Shown piece after piece: positions 58,865 through 59,408 of a DNA stretch of 59,408 nucleotides. The DNA lies in contig JANNNX010000078.1 in assembly GCA_031398745.1 (NCBI GenBank), forward strand, positions 1-59,408, read 5' to 3'. This DNA comes from Actinomycetes bacterium. Its GTDB lineage: Bacteria; Actinomycetota; Acidimicrobiia; Acidimicrobiales; CADCSY01. Below the pieces are notes generated by a model, which did no database searches, had not been told where the DNA came from, and saw nothing but the letters and a program-made list of their open reading frames with translations. The number at the start of each line of letters is the position of its first letter. Position 1 is the first letter of the stretch. Both the position numbers and the translations under genes were made by a program.

Positions 58865-59408
58865 ATGACCGTGACCGACGAGATCGTCGTCGAGGCGTCC
58901 GAGCCCGACGAGCACGGCTACCGCACCTACACGCTGGGCGAGTTCGCCTTCCGCCGCGACGAGTACTTCGTCCACGTCGCCTGGCCCACCGGCTCCCACC
59001 TGATCTCGGCCGACGCCTTCCTCCGGGCCATCCAGCGCGACGTGGCCTGGGACTTCTTCTACGGGACGGTGAACTTCGACGGGGTGGTCGGCACCGTAAA
59101 CCACTACGGCGACGTCGATCTGTTCGCGGGTCGCTACAACGACGCCTACCGCAAGGCCGAGCTCGACCACGTCGAGAACTTCCCGGCGCCCCAGATCCGA
59201 GCGACCTTCGAGGCGATCCTGGCCGACTGGACCAACGACGGCTTCGACCCGTTCGCCAGCCCGGCCGAGACCGGCAGCGCCTTCGGCGACAAGCACGGCG
59301 ACAACCTGGCCGCGGGGGCCCCGCGCCCGGGGGCCGCCGCCCCCCGGGGGGGGGTGGCCCGCGCCGCGGTGTCCCCCCGCCCGCGCCCGGGCGTTGCGGG
59401 CAAACCGG
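58865..59408 (+). CDS. Hypothetical protein, 3' end outside the window
   Basis: An ATG preceded by ggaggg. It translates as MTVTDEIVVEASEPDEHGYRTYTLGEFAFRRDEYFVHVAWPTGSHL... with coding-like GC3. It is not in the ORF track because it runs off the edge. Confidence 0.4.
   Translation, partial: MTVTDEIVVEASEPDEHGYRTYTLGEFAFRRDEYFVHVAWPTGSHLISADAFLRAIQRDVAWDFFYGTVNFDGVVGTVNHYGDVDLFAGRYNDAYRKAELDHVENFPAPQIRATFEAILADWTNDGFDPFASPAETGSAFGDKHGDNLAAGAPRPGAAAPRGGVARAAVSPRPRPGVAGKP

Overview
This is a high-GC (about 70-72%) actinobacterial chromosomal segment. The first 12 kb is a conserved cell-shape and housekeeping block, all on the minus strand: a TIGR03960-type radical SAM protein, rodA, pbp2 (mrdA), mreD, mreC, mreB, ndk, folC, clpX, clpP and tig. 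After that come a dodecin, a TauE/SafE exporter and five tRNAs (Pro, Gly, Arg, His, Lys). A small metabolic cluster follows, with a split TPP-dependent (sulfo/phosphono)pyruvate decarboxylase, a beta-hydroxyacid dehydrogenase, a cupin, a SnoaL-like protein and a PPOX/F420-class protein. Then come the transporters kup and terC, the urtABCDE urea ABC transporter, a flotillin-like SPFH protein and the pstSCAB-phoU operon. These are followed by fumarylacetoacetase, an ECF sigma/anti-sigma pair and rpe. The accessory part spans about 38.6-52.1 kb. It holds a large nuclease-helicase fusion and a secreted RHS/YD-repeat polymorphic toxin of about 1,900 aa, written as two ORFs because of an apparent 1-nt frameshift. 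The RHS C-terminal toxin tip has lower GC than the rest of the gene. Downstream of the toxin is an immunity-like gene, then two paralogous uncharacterised ~390-aa genes, then a second, recently duplicated copy of the immunity-like gene. The window ends with a GT2 glycosyltransferase, an FtsX/FtsE-like ABC transporter, a second separately located clpP, tRNA-Leu, an LLM-class oxidoreductase and two small cupin-like or hypothetical genes. I found no CRISPR array, transposase or integrase. Two genes, the RHS toxin and the anti-sigma factor, need a 1-nt frameshift at a G/C homopolymer to give canonical products, which suggests either indel errors or real pseudogenisation. Coordinates I derived by hand (tRNAs, internal starts) may be off by 1-3 nt.
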